DNA from: Lama guanicoe
Taxonomy: Eukaryota
Reading direction: 5' to 3'
Assembly: GCA_013239625.1 (NCBI GenBank)
Contig: MU053487.1
Coordinates: 2,811,058 to 2,875,057, forward strand
Length of the DNA: 64,000 nucleotides
The notes beneath the pieces were generated by a model. That model was given only the letters and a program-made list of their open reading frames with translations. It had not been told where the DNA came from and searched no databases. This document shows, one piece after another, positions 1 to 12,299 of the stretch (positions are counted from its first letter, which is position 1; every line of letters starts with the position of its first letter). The translations under genes were made by a program, and so were the position numbers.

Positions 1-428
1 GCGAATTTCTCTGTAAGAACGGTTGTGGACTGATGGAAGCAACATGCTGCTGAGGGATGGGGGCACCAGCCCCGCAAAGATCCCATCCTCCTCCCTTTCC
101 ATCCTGTTAGTCCTTCAGATCACCTCTGGGCTTCTCACCATAAAGCTGGCTTTAAAAATTCATGACGGTCCCCCGTGTCCACAGAGTCATGTGCCTTCAC
201 CTGGTTTCTGAGGTCCTGCAACCTGGTTCCAGCCCTCTCTGTCTGCAGCATGCCCCCCCCCCGCCCCGGGATCCAGCCCCACAGACCTTTGTCAAGTGGT
301 GATGCTGATGTGATGCTGATGCAGTGGACACAGCTAGCTTTTACTGAGGACCAGGAGCTCTCCATGGTGCTTGGCATCAGGGGTCTCTAAACTTCACAAC
401 AGCCATGCAGAGTTGACTCTGGCAGCCT

Positions 429-530
429 GTTTTACATCTGAAAAGCAGGTTCAGAGAGATGAAGTGAAGTGACCAGCGTCCCACAGTCTGTAAGAGATGG
501 AGCTGGGACTCTGTCCGACCAGGACCGTGG
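429..530 (-). mobile_element. MIR SINE fragment
   Basis: ttttacatctgaaaagcaggttcagagagatgaagtga...cacagtctgtaagagatggagctggga resembles the reverse MIR core. Confidence 0.55.
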
Positions 531-2394
531 ATGTCACAGTCCTTGCTTTCCGCCTTGTCTGTTGCTGCCACTCAGACATGCAATTGTCTGTTAGCCCTCC
601 ACATCATCTCCACCAACTGATTCCCATTCCCCCATGAGCTGCTGAATGTCTCATTTTCCTTCCAGGATCACCTCCTCTCTGAGGATCTCTTGACACTCCC
701 AGTCCTACCCAACTCTGGGTCAGAGAGGTTCCCTCTCACCAGGTCCCCACACTTTTTATCCAGGCATTTTCTCCTCCACACCTTGGCTTTTTGCTCACTC
801 CCTCCCTGCCTGCCTCCTCTCTGCTTCCCTTTGCCTCACGTGGTACCTGGCAGGGGCACAAGGCAACCAGGTGCTGGCTGCAGGCAGCCTAGCTGATGTT
901 CCCCCGGAGGGCCAACCTCAGCGTCAGTGCATGACTCTTCCACTGCCGCCCACATGCAGCTGTCATCCCGGCCCTGACCTGAGCATCCTGTCCTGGCCGT
1001 TGCCCCTGCACGCTGGCCTTTCAGACAAGAGCATGTTCAGTATTGTCCAGGAGACCAGGGAGCACAAGGCAGAGCTGAGGTCTAGTTCCTGCAGCTACAG
1101 TTACCACTGTGAGCGAGCCCCACCTTTCGTTACTTCCCACATTGCTACCATGTAATGACAGCTTTCCAGGTGGGGGCTGAGGAGGAGAGACATTCTCATA
1201 ATAAATGTATTGTTCGATGCTAAGATGCAGCCCTGCTTTGGAAACTTGAAATGGAAGGTTGAGGGAAGGCCTTAGAATCAGGGAAAGACAGCAGTAAAAG
1301 AGAAAATTTTTAAGTGCCAAACTATGTCATAAGGACCTTGGGGTTGAGGAGGGGCTGTGGCCAGAGGGCTGGTGTCCTCAAGGAAAGTCCCATAAAGGAG
1401 ACAGCCTTGAGCTGGACTGTGAAGAGTGGGTAATGTTCCATGGGGACAAGGGCACTGCCGACGTCGGACCCGCAGGACCAGAGGCACAGGTGGGGTCAGC
1501 AATCAGGCCTGAGCAGATGCTCTTAGGACAGTTGTGTCCCCTTCCTCAGAAACTTGCTTTATCAGGTCAAGATGCAGAGAGTGGAGATTTCAAGGTTCTC
1601 AACTGCTCGCTGAGCCCAGTCGGTTTCCTCTCCCCACTTCTCCTTCGTGGAACAGGCAGAGTCCACTGAGTGGCAGCACAGAGGTCCCTGTTACCTCCGA
1701 GGATCCTAGAGCATCTGTCCTCGTGTGAGGACTCAGGCTGCCATGCCAGCTGGATGAAGGACTCGTGGCTGAGACCATTTAGCGAAGGAGAGGAGAGGAG
1801 GAAAGCCTGCCTGGGCCAGCTCTGGCCGTGTTCCTTTTGTTGGTTACATTTGGAGCATCTTCTGTGTGAGTTTGTGTTCACCTACAAATGTTGTTATTAA
1901 AGCCACCTGGGAGGTTTGAGGATGGGAGATGGGAAGAGAGAGCTAGGAGAGGAAGGGAGGAGCCAGGAGAGGAAGAGGGAAGCCAAAATGCCATTTCCCC
2001 TGGAAGACACAAGGGCTGGGTCATCACCCTGCTGGGCTGGTTCCATCTGGGGTCATTTAGCTGCCAGATGATGCTTGGTGTTCTCTGTGATGTAATTCAC
2101 CTGTCTCTTTGCAAAGAATGTTGGGCAAGGATGTTGCGTGCTCCTAGAAAATTGTCAAAAGTTCTAATCTCCCATTAGTTTGTTTTTGGAGTGGACGCAG
2201 AGAAAAAGAAAAACAAAACAAAAATCACACAAACATATAAATTGACTAAATAAGCAGTCCCCACCCACACAGACTCTCAAATATAAAAATAAACCATTGA
2301 TCTACAAAATTTTCGTGAATTATCATCGTTCACGATAAAGGAGTTCTATTTCAGCCTTTATCATCAAATACTAAAAGTAGAACTTTAATTCTTT

Positions 2395-2540
2395 TATAAG
2401 AAATAACAGATCAGTATCTTCCTAATTCTGGGATAGGGAAGGATTTCTTAAACAAAACCCAAAAAGCATAATGTTAAGAAAAAGTGAATAAATTAATTTA
2501 CATTAAAAAAATTAAAAAAAAATAAAAACAAACAATTTTT
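2395..2540 (+). mobile_element. Old L1 (L1M-type) ORF2 3' fragment
   Basis: tatcttcctaattctgggatagggaaggatttcttaaacaaaacccaaaaagcata...aaattaatttacattaaaa resembles late L1 ORF2. Confidence 0.5.
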
Positions 2541-3129
2541 CAAATATCCAGGGAGATGTTGTTTTATCTTTGAAAAGGGAAAAGCATCAATGGGGTTATG
2601 TGATTTTCACAGGTAAATAGAATAACGGATGCCAGTATGTTCATGGGAGAGTAATGGATGCTTTCATGCCTTTTGTGTGCACTGATGCCTGCTAAGGGGT
2701 CATATTCCAGACTAATCGTGGTACCCATTTCCGTAAGATGATATTTCATATAAAGTGATACATAGTCATAGTTAAAATCACTGATCTCATTGAGAAAATT
2801 ACGTAATTTTCTCTCTTGGTTTTAATTGAATTTTTCATTTGTTCATTTTAAAATTTATAGGACTCTAAATGAAGCTGCACTTGGCCTCAGCTTGTTTTCT
2901 GGTGAAACGAGAAGTAGGGTCTTGCTACATGCACAGTGCATAATAAAGATTCATCTTGCAATAGGGTGCTTTTTTACAGATTTTCATATCAAGGTTGCCA
3001 GTTAAAAATTATGGTCAAAATAATAATAGCCACTGTGTACTGCCTGACCTTTAGTGTGCTGGGCATTGTGCTTGGTGTTTTATATAATTATGAAGATTAT
3101 TTATTATATCATTCTAAATATGTCACATC

Positions 3130-3364
3130 TTTTTTAGTTGAAATATAGTTGATTTACAATGTTGTCTTAATTTCTGGTCTACAGCATAGTGATTCAGTTA
3201 TACATACATATGTATATTCTTTCTCAGATTCTTTTCCACTGTAGGTTATTACATGATATGAATATAGTTCCCTGTGCTCTACAGCAGGTCCTTGTTGTTT
3301 ACATCTGTTTTATATATGGTGGTGTGTATCTGCTAATCCCAGACTCCTGATTTATCCCTCCCCA
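3130..3364 (-). mobile_element. 5'-truncated L1 3' UTR (artiodactyl/Laurasiatherian type)
   Basis: T-run, then ttgaaatatagttgatttacaatgttgt...tatagttccctgtgctctacagcaggtccttgttg...tttatccctcccc, the typical reverse L1 3' end. Confidence 0.8.
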
Positions 3365-3995
3365 CTAAATTTCACTTTGGTCTTTTCTGAATTTCATTTC
3401 CGAATTTTCTATCCTTTTTCTCTCCTTACTTCAGTCTGCATACTTTCTATTGACTTGCCTTCTGGGTCGCTGGTCTTCTCTCCCGCTGTGTCCAGTCGGT
3501 AGCTGACTACCTCTCTCAGCACCTCAGCTACTGCCTTCTGCTTGGCTTGTTAGTCCCCTGGCCCCGTGCTGCTGCGGAACCGCCGGTGCCTGGAGACTAA
3601 ATGTGGTGTCGAGCATCCGACCCTCCTCATTGTGCTTCCCTTCTCTCTGGGGTCTTGGCCCTCCAGGCTGGGCTGCCTCAGTTACCCTGGGCTTTAGGGT
3701 TGCCTTTACAGGCTCATGAGACTGCCAGACACTCAGCTCAGAAACTCGGAAACTAGGCCTTTCAGGTTCTCAGCAGCCTCTCCTTCCACACTGCTTACAA
3801 ACCTGGAAACAGCTCAAGGGAAACATTCCTTGATACCTTTAAACAGGTGTGTGTATTGTCTAGATTTTCCATTTCCCGGAGGAAGGGTGGATCTTCAGCA
3901 TGTCACTCTGTCATTACTAGAAATGCAAAATCCTGTTTGCTTTTAAAAAAATCTTCAAGCTTGTGAGAATTTTAATTTAAGCTCCCCTCTTATAC

Positions 3996-4120
3996 TTTTT
4001 TTTTGTGGGGAAAGGTAATAAGGCTTTTATTTACTGATTTTGATAGAGATACTGGGGATTGGACCCAGGACCTTGTGCATGCTAAGCATGCGTTCTACCA
4101 CTGAGCTGTACCATCCCCTC
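3996..4120 (-). mobile_element. Camelid tRNA-Ala-derived SINE (vic-1 type) with 15-bp TSD
   Basis: Reverse strand reads GAGGGGATGGTACAGCTCAGTGGTAGAACGCATGCTTAGCATGCACAAGGTCCTGGGTCCAATCCCCAGTATCTC, then an A-rich tail. Flanks ctcccctcttatact (3982-3996) and ctctcctcttacact (4121-4135) match at 13/15. Confidence 0.9.
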
Positions 4121-5479
4121 CTCTCCTCTTACACTCTAACTGCCATTCTAATCATTCTGATCACTGAGATAAAGGAAAAGGTATTCCACATTTGAAGACT
4201 TCTCTTTTCAAGGAGTGCCTGCCAGGCAATCGTAGGCAGTAGAGTTCGATGTCAAGGACAGAGAAAGCGTGGGAAGGGGTACAGGAGGGAGGGGACAGAA
4301 AGATTACATGTTTGGAGAAAGAAAAATACTGAGGCCTCTTTAAAAAACACTTAGAGGGTTTTTCCCAAACCAGTTATCTGGCTCAATGCTAGCTGCTTAC
4401 TTGTTTGCCTTCTGTGTTGTTTGCAAACTTAAAACTAATTCAGTACTTCCTGTTTCCATCTAGTTTACTGCTGTAGCTGCTAGTTAGCTAAGGAGGATAA
4501 AAACCCTTCATTTCTTGGGGAAAAAAAGCAGCATGAGATAGGTTCCTAATTCGTGTGACTGGTCGAAGGGTGCACGGTGCTCAGGTCCTGCTGGTAGGGG
4601 AGCCAGAGGGTGAAGCTTGGAAACAAATCCCTGAGGTAGTGATGCTTGTCTTCCCTTGGCCAGGTGGATGGGGTCTGTGACCTGATGGCCCTTACACTCA
4701 CTAGAAAACATATCACGGTTCCACAAGGGAAAGAGACAGAAGGCTTTGGGGCTTCTGACCCTCGCAACGGCCTCAGTGCTCTAGGATAACTGGGCAGTGT
4801 CCTTTCCTCTGGTGGAACCCTTGCGTGAGTGGCCCCGGCCTGTTACGGGCCTCCTCTGCTGGGTTTTCCATCAGAGTTACTTCAGTTTAATTTTCAAAGC
4901 AAGGGAATGAATGGGAGGAGAAAGCCAGAAGGGCTCCCCATGAAGGAATGGGAGTCCTCCGTCGTGTTTCTCTCAGGGCCTCTCTCCCTGTTGTCATCGG
5001 ACCCTGAAGGCCCTGTGGTCCTCTCTCGGGGCCCAGCTGAACAGCTCTGCCTGTGCAGTGTGGCGAGGAAGGAGGAGGGCACAGCCTGTCCCTGGGAAGA
5101 TGGGTGGAGCAGCTCCCTGGAGAGACAGAAGGTCTCTAGTGGATCTGGATGAGCCAGTGCTAGGGGAGGCTGACCCGGGACATTGGGGCAGAGGAACAGT
5201 TTTGTGGAAGAGAAAAGGAAACATGGGGTTTTGGGCCCAGATCACTGTGTTCTGGGAGATTCCGTGTGGAGTTGGAGTTTGGAGACAGGAGGAGGATTTC
5301 TGTGTTGTCACGAAGCTCAGTGTTCACCTGTGAACCGCTTGTACACCTACCTGTTCCCTCTCCTGGTTCCTCAGGGTCCACTCGCTCACCTGATTCTGTT
5401 TCTCATCCCCCACCTACAGTCACCACGCCCACTCACCTCTCCTCCTCAGTCACCCCCACCTCCTCCCCGGCTCCCCATC

Positions 5480-6110
5480 CCCACTGCTGCATTGAAGCTC
5501 AGGCCCTCACCATCTTCCCCCTAAACTCCTATGGTAGACCCTTGCCCCTGGGCCTATCCCATCCATGCTACAGCTAGAGATCTTTCTAGAACACAGCTTC
5601 CTTGCTGGCCTTCCTTCTTCTAGTCTCACCCCCAACAATCCAACAATCCAAAGAGATTTTTCTGAAACTCAGCCTCTAGCATCCCTGCCCCCTCCCAGCC
5701 TTCCCTAGATTTTAGGTTGAAATCAGCACACCCTGTCAGCCCTGCTGAGCCCTGGCCTCTGCTTCAGCGTCCTCTCCTCCCACCCAGCCCACAAGCCTGA
5801 CTTCGGGCATCATGTGGAATCCACTGGACCCCCGTGTCGTCTCCACCCTGCTGCGTGTACTGGCCAGGCCTGCCCTCTGGCTGATGTCCTTCTGTCTTCT
5901 GACTGAGTCCGGAGGCACCTCCTCTGGGAAGCCTGCCACCTTGAGAGGCACCGAATCAGGTGCCCTTATTGGTGCCCTCATAGCTGCCTCTGTCCAGTAC
6001 CTGTTACCCGGGGTTGTCACTGCCCGCCCGTTTCCTCCCAAGGTCTTTCAGCCGTCTCCCTGGGGCCCAGCACATGGCCTGGCGTAAAGTAAGCACCCAA
6101 TAAATTTCAC
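5480..6110 (+). mobile_element. L2 LINE 3' fragment (degraded)
   Basis: Pyrimidine-rich L2-like body ending cccagcacatggcctggcgtaaagtaagcacccaataaat, the L2 3' terminus pattern. Confidence 0.5.
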
Positions 6111-6361
6111 ATGGTGCGTATGTTAAGTTCCCTATAAAACCTCAGACACTGGCAGTTCTGCCACCGACCTGAAGGCTCCTTCAGTTTTTAAAACAAGAGA
6201 CTATAGTGGATTTCTAGCAGGAAAAGGTAGATTCCTGCCTTTTGGTCCATCAGAATAACTGTGTTTTCAGCTTTAGAAACTTCAGTTTGTAGTGGTGAAT
6301 CTTTTTTTTTTTTTTTGGAGTGTTTTAAGCAGAAAAATTTTCACAGATCAAGGTCTCCTCC

Positions 6362-6420
6362 NNNNNNNNNNNNNNNNNNNNNNNNNNNNNNNNNNNNNNN
6401 NNNNNNNNNNNNNNNNNNNN
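6362..6420. other. Assembly gap (59 N) with duplicated flanks
   Basis: Run of N; 6297-6361 is nearly identical to 6421-6484. Confidence 0.98.
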
Positions 6421-7109
6421 GAATCTTTTTTTTTTTTTTGGAGTGTTTTAAGCAGTAAAATTTTCAGCGATCAAGGTCTGCTCCAAAACCCTAAGCCCTT
6501 TCTCTGTCCTGAGGAGTGCTTCCACTTCCTTGCGGTGCTGCGCTGAGGGCAGCTACACTTACAGAAATGCAAAGGAAACCACTGAACGTGGCTGCTGCTT
6601 TTTCTTCACAGCACAGATAAAACCAAACATACACAGTGCGGGGAGCAGGGGCTGTCCTTCTGGGGATGTTGGCTTGTTTCTGATCTCTCTGCCCTCCCCG
6701 GCTCGCACGGCTCAGGGGTGTAGGTCCTTTCTAAGCAGCGCCACTGGGGCATGTCATAAGAAGATGTTTCTCAAACTTCTTAGTTAAAACAGGTTCATGC
6801 AGTCAATGCACCCCTAGAAGCCACAGCTTATCACTCAGCCCAAATAGCTGTGCCCTGACTAAGGCTTCCCCCCCACTACGGTCACAGCTTGAGTGGCTGC
6901 ACGTTTAGAAACAGCCCCTGTTTCTTAGTTATGTGTCATTTGTTCACATTCTTCCTTGTGTGAGGATCATCTCCCCTCAACTCCCCTCTCCACCCTGTCT
7001 CCTCCGAAGTAGATAGGTCATTTTTCAGAGTGGTGTCAGAACTTAGAGCAATTGGGAGGATTTTTATACCATAATTTAAGGACTTCTAGGAAGGTGGTGT
7101 TGCTTCTGG

Positions 7110-7290
7110 TTCTAAGCATGAGTCTGGTTCCACCACTTCCTGGCACAATTTATTTGAGCCCCTGAGCCTCTGTTTACCTCATCTGTCAAATGGGGGCAAC
7201 AGTCTATCAGCTCAGGTGCTATGCGGATTAAGTGGAAAAAAAAATCTGAGAAGAGGTTGGCTCAGTCTCTGAAATACATTCTATAGCCAT
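7110..7290 (+). mobile_element. MIR SINE
   Basis: ctgagcctctgtttacctcatctgtcaaatggggg...ggattaagtgg matches the MIR core. Confidence 0.65.
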
Positions 7291-9307
7291 GAAATATTAA
7301 GTGACTTCTACCTCCCCCACCCCACCTTCAGTTTCTTCCCCAAAAATAACAACGTGTAGTAACTGACTTATTTTGGCATGAAGGCTTTAAATGCAAAACC
7401 TGAAGGTAGTCAACCTTAAAGAAACACCGAAGCGTTCATCTGTGAAAACGTTAAGATTGCACCCCTTCACTGTTCCCTGCATCCAGACAGCCTGTAAATT
7501 CTGCTGAGGGGACTCAGCAGGCAGAGGGGCCCAGGTGTGTGTCTTGCTCCCAGAGAGGACAGGAGTGTTAAAGATCTGTTCCTAAAATCTGAAGTTCAAG
7601 AGAATTTTGTGGTAACAGTTTATCCGATGGCTCCCCTGTCACTCCCCTGAAAGGTCCTTCATTTTATTTATGCTGAACAGTTGACTCTCTTCCCAGTTGA
7701 ATGCTTTACTGAACACACATAAGTCACATGCTGGTCACTCAGGCTCCCAGCCCCGGAGTCATCTGTCCCCCACGCCCCTCGGTCAGCAGCCACGTCTGCC
7801 TCCCCCTCCCACACCACCCTGGCCCAGTTACCATCCCCTCTCCTGGGCTGCTGTGAAAGACTTCCAGGGTCTCTGAGCTTGTTCCGTTCAACGTACATGC
7901 CCCGATCTCCAAGGGAGCACAGGGTTCTGAGGCCAGCCTGCTCTTTCTGGGAAGCAGTTACAATAAAAAACAAACCAACCCTCTCCCTTTGTTGGACCTG
8001 GTGTCTCCCCAATGTATTCAATCACAGACCCTTTCCTTTACCGCCTCCTGGGTACGGAGGTTCACAGAGCCTGTCGTGGGGAAAGCTACACCTGTGTGTT
8101 TAAGCAGCTTTGAGTCCAAATGCTGGTTGGTAAAGGCCTCCCTGGTAACACGCTTTGTGCCCATAAAAAGGCAGTGGGGCAACTCTATGTACGGACAGGG
8201 AACCACCTCTAGGATACATGCTAAGCCAGGAGAGCAAAGTGCAGTGTGTCATGAGCTACCAGTGCCCGCATATGCTTAGACTGAATGAATACGCCAGAGC
8301 TGACAGGTGTGTCTGCCTCTGGAGGGGGCGCTGGGTATCCGGGGTTTGGTAGGAGCCCTCTCCTCACTGTGTGCCTCTTGGGAACTTTAAAACTTCCTGC
8401 TGTTTGAACACAGCACTAATCTGCTCCAGACCCCACCAAACTTTACACGGCTGTAGTGTGAGGTCCTTGGCTGTGCTCTCGGCCCTGGGGTTGGCCAGCC
8501 TCTTCTCGCCCGCCGATCAGCTCTCCCTCCTGCCCCACCATCTCTCCCTGATAGACGCATGCTGTGGGGACTTGGCTTGTTGCTCCTACTTCTCAGACGT
8601 GCCCTGCTCCCCCTGGAAGCCCACCTCCCACAGAGCACGCTGGCCCGGGATGCGGGGATAGTCATCCTTTACTCCTGCCTCCAGCTCTCACTTGTGAGCT
8701 GCGGGGCCCAGAGTCCCCGGGAGACAGTGAGACCTGATGCAGAAGAGCCAAGAACTCCTAAGACTTGAGCAGATGTGACTGAAAAACCCTTGCCAGCCTT
8801 GTGGCTGGGGAATGCAGCCTCGCACCATGTGCCTTTCATCGTGCGATGGAGGAGGACAAGCCCAGTTGCAGGGCTTGGGCGTGTTGCTGATCTCTCTCTA
8901 GGCCACCTAACGCAGTGCCTGGAATCTTGTAGGTGTTCCTTGTGACTGTCGACCTGTCCCTCTTGGTTCTTAAAATCCTGGGTTCCAAAGTAAAGAACAC
9001 AGGCCGGAAGTCAGACTCCACTCCTGGTTCCATAGACTCTGGGTCAGTGACCAGCTCTGGGTAGATACCAGGCCCCTGAGTGTCTTCAGGTCTCCTGACC
9101 TCACATGCAGCCCGTATTTGTCTCAGTGCAGAAGAGCTTTGATCATCAGACACCACAGATACGAAGGGTTAGCTTTGCACTTTGAGTACAGATGCTCTCC
9201 CGCTCGCCAAACGAGTTTATAAGAATATTTGGAAGATGAGTAAGGTAATGTCTTCCACATGCTCAAGAGCTGGTGATTTCACCCCACGCAAGGTAGAGAG
9301 GGAAAGC

Positions 9308-9435
9308 CCCCACTTGTTAACGGAGTGACCTTGGACGAGACCTTTACTCCTCTCTGCCTCAGTTAGCTCATCCAGAATGTGAAAGCCATCAGATCCTACG
9401 TCACCAGGGTGGTTGTGAGGATCACATGAGGCAGC
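9308..9435 (+). mobile_element. MIR SINE just upstream of the exon
   Basis: gtgaccttggacgagacctttactcctctctgcctcagttagctcatc...gggtggttgtgaggatcacatgag. Confidence 0.7.
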
Positions 9436-9524
9436 CCACAAGGAAGGTCTCTGTAAACTGTGACGTGCCTCGCCAGCGCCAGCCGGCATCAGCAGTTCAC
9501 GTGCCTGTGTGTTTATTGTTGCAG

Positions 9525-9674
9525 CGGAGGGTGCAGGACGTCATCAGCCCCATCGTGTTCGAAGCAGCCTACAGCCTGGGCGAGCATGTGACCGGAGAGG
9601 AGGAGAGGGAGCTGCCTGCTCTGACACCTGTGCTCCGCTGGAAAAAGGGACATAAGATTGCTCAGAAGAATCAG
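9525..9674 (+). CDS. ITGA9: Integrin alpha-9 internal coding exon (probably exon 16), 150 nt, phase 0-0; end of thigh domain
   Basis: Acceptor gtttattgttgcAG ends at 9524 and donor GTgaga starts at 9675. Translates RRVQDVISPIVFEAAYSLGEHVTGEEERELPALTPVLRWKKGHKIAQKNQ, recognised as integrin alpha-9. Exon number is from recall of the human gene structure. Confidence 0.96.
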
Positions 9675-10654
9675 GTGAGAGGCTGAATGCTTGCGGCTGG
9701 GACCCTAGGTGTCAGGTACACGTGCAAAAGTAATGGCCCTGGCTGCCTGGGAGACCGTGGCCCGGCACACCCCTTCGCTGGGCCTCCCTTGCCTAATCTG
9801 TGACATGATGAAATATATGATTGGGGTGGGGAGTGCTTCTAACAACCCTGTGATTTAAACACATGGAGGCTGTTCTCAAGCAGTTAGAAGAGGATAGTGT
9901 CTGAGGTCATTAACTGGCCACTTGGACCCCAGACTTGCTTACTATTCCTACACTGTTTCCAGAGCTTAGATCAGCACCTACATGTTTTATTGGTGGGAGC
10001 ATGAGTTGGGGGAGGAAGCAGGAACTTGATCTTGCTGGAATTGGTGGTTGGGTTAAGAATGCTCAACTCCAATGTCTCTGGGGGCCAGAGCACAGTGAGC
10101 CCAGCTGTCAGCTGTCACCATCCCTCCCACCCCGCAGCAGGTTCCAGGCTGTGCTGCTGTGTGGAGGAGCGGCAGGGCGGTGTGGCGGGTGGGCCACCTG
10201 AGGCCACACGAGGTGAGAGTGAGCCTGTGAATTAATTCCGTGCAGCAGCCCTGGCCTCTCTGCCCTGAGTCATCTGGGAGATGTGCAGTGCTGACTACTA
10301 GGCAGGAAGTATGTAAGGAATGTGTGATCCCAAATCTGTTCTAAATCTTTCTTTAACACCCAAGATCATCACGGAGCCAGGACACTGGGGAAGGTCAGGC
10401 AAAACTGGTTTTTGGTTAAACCAGACTCCGGGTGGGGTGGGGGCAAAGCTGGGGAACCACCCACCAGCTCCCCTCTCCACACTTCTGACTGCTCTGAGCT
10501 TACCAGAAAGCTAGCAGATCAGGGACCCAGGCCTTGCAGAGAGTTGTAAACAGAACCACAGAGAAGTGTTTGGGGTTGGGGACATCTATCTAGATGGTTA
10601 TGGGGTGAGATTTTTACTAAGGCGCCCCTATTTTCTCCTAAAGTCTCTCCCACG

Positions 10655-11095
10655 TGGTCTTGGGTCAGATTCCCCAGAAGCAGAGCCTGAGGCAGGGATT
10701 TGGGAGCATGCAGTCTAATGAGGCTGTGCTCTTAAGAGAAACCTATAAGGAAGTAAAGGAAAGGGACAGGGCTGAGCAAGGATGTGGCTTCAGCTCAAGT
10801 CTATCCTTGGCCTGAGGCAGGGAACTCTGGAGCAGACATTACACAAAAGAGCTGTCTTCTCCACGAGGTAAGGGGCTGGCCTTTCATACCCCTTATTAGC
10901 TGGCCATTGGCCGACTGCAGGGTGTGGAAGGGGAGTGTACCCTTGTTGAAGGAGACGCCCTCCAGCTGTGGACGGTTCTCCGGAGAAGGCTGCAGTGGAT
11001 GTGAGCTGTTAGCCGTCTGTGTCCCGTCAGCTGGGGAAGGGGCAGCCATTACAGAGCCATCTGGGCAGAGCTTACAGTGCCCGGTACCCCTATAC
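10655..11095 (-). mobile_element. ERVL solo LTR, LTR16-like
   Basis: tcttgggtcagattccccagaagcagagcctgaggcagggatt...gctgagcaaggatgtgg...ggcctttcatacccc resembles a reverse LTR16-family LTR. Confidence 0.7.
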
Positions 11096-12299
11096 ACACA
11101 ACCTGCTGGCTTTGGATGCTTCTTTTGAGGTTAAACATGGACTTCTTTCAAAACACAAGTGCCCTGGAGGGTGGCTGGTGTGTCCTACTGTCACTGATAC
11201 TTGCAGCAGACTCTGGAGAGTGAGGGGAGAGACCGGGAGGACCCTGTGTGTCTAGGTGGTGGGACTGGGTGGAGGGGCTGGCGTGAAGAGGGGGTGTGAG
11301 GAAGGTAAGGAGGAGAGGGGGTAGGATGAAGAGGCGGGGCAGGAAGCTGGTGCCTTCTGTCTTGACTGAGAAGCAGAAGTTGTTGTCCTTTCCTGATAGT
11401 GAAATGGGACCAAGAGGGCAGGCTGGGGACTCAGTAAGTCAGAGTATTGTGATAATCTCTCGATCATTAGTTTTCCGTCCTAGTAGTACTCTGCTCTCTC
11501 GGATGGACTCTCGCTGGCATAATAATCTAGTGTGATGGGTGTGGTCCAAACCCGGGGTGCTGGAGTCATTTCAGGGTGGGTACTCTGCTTGTTTCATCTC
11601 TGAAGTGACCCAGTGAGGTAGCTGCCTACTCTGTTCAGCATGTTGCTAGCCTTGGGTATCCCTTCCACAGTGAACCAACTCTCATTCCTACAGATCCATC
11701 AGTGGCCCAGAGTGGGCTTCTTTAGTGAAGAGCATCTTAGAACCTTTACTGGCATTTTTCAATTCAGGCAACCTGATCAAAGCCAGAGATGCAGAGACAA
11801 ATTAGTATGGAAATACTGTTCTTGGTCACTTACGTTCAAGAGGGCCAACCAAGCATAAATATTTATGTCTGTACTTCCTAAGACCCCATTACAGTGATTA
11901 TCAGTGAGTAAGTAAGAACAGGGAGGTTCTGTAGGGGGAGGAGCATCAGCCAATCAGAGAGTCTGGGAACTTTCTGGAGTGAGTAAAGAAGAAGGAAGAG
12001 TGTTGGTGGGTGAACCTTGCAGTCTGCAGAGGGGCTGGGGACTGTTGACCCATGGGTCACATGGGTCCAGAGTGGCTGCCGCCATGGCCAGGCCAGCAGT
12101 TTCAGAGGGGTGCAAGAGTGAGAAGTGAGGCTGGAAACAGGGAAGAAGGGTGTTAAGTGAAGGTTGGTTTCTGGAAGAGTTGACTTTCTACCCCTGTCCC
12201 CACCCCTAGCTACTTTAAACACGCAGAATAGCAAGAAATAAGGCATTTTCTTCTCTAAAGAACTAAATAAACTGAGATAGTGTAGGTGGGTTGTTTCCC

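Noticed and set aside
8313..8334. Second CTCF-like motif (ctggagggggcgctg)
   Set aside because: Only the 3' half (AGGGGGCGC) fits; the 5' CCAC/CCAG part is poor.
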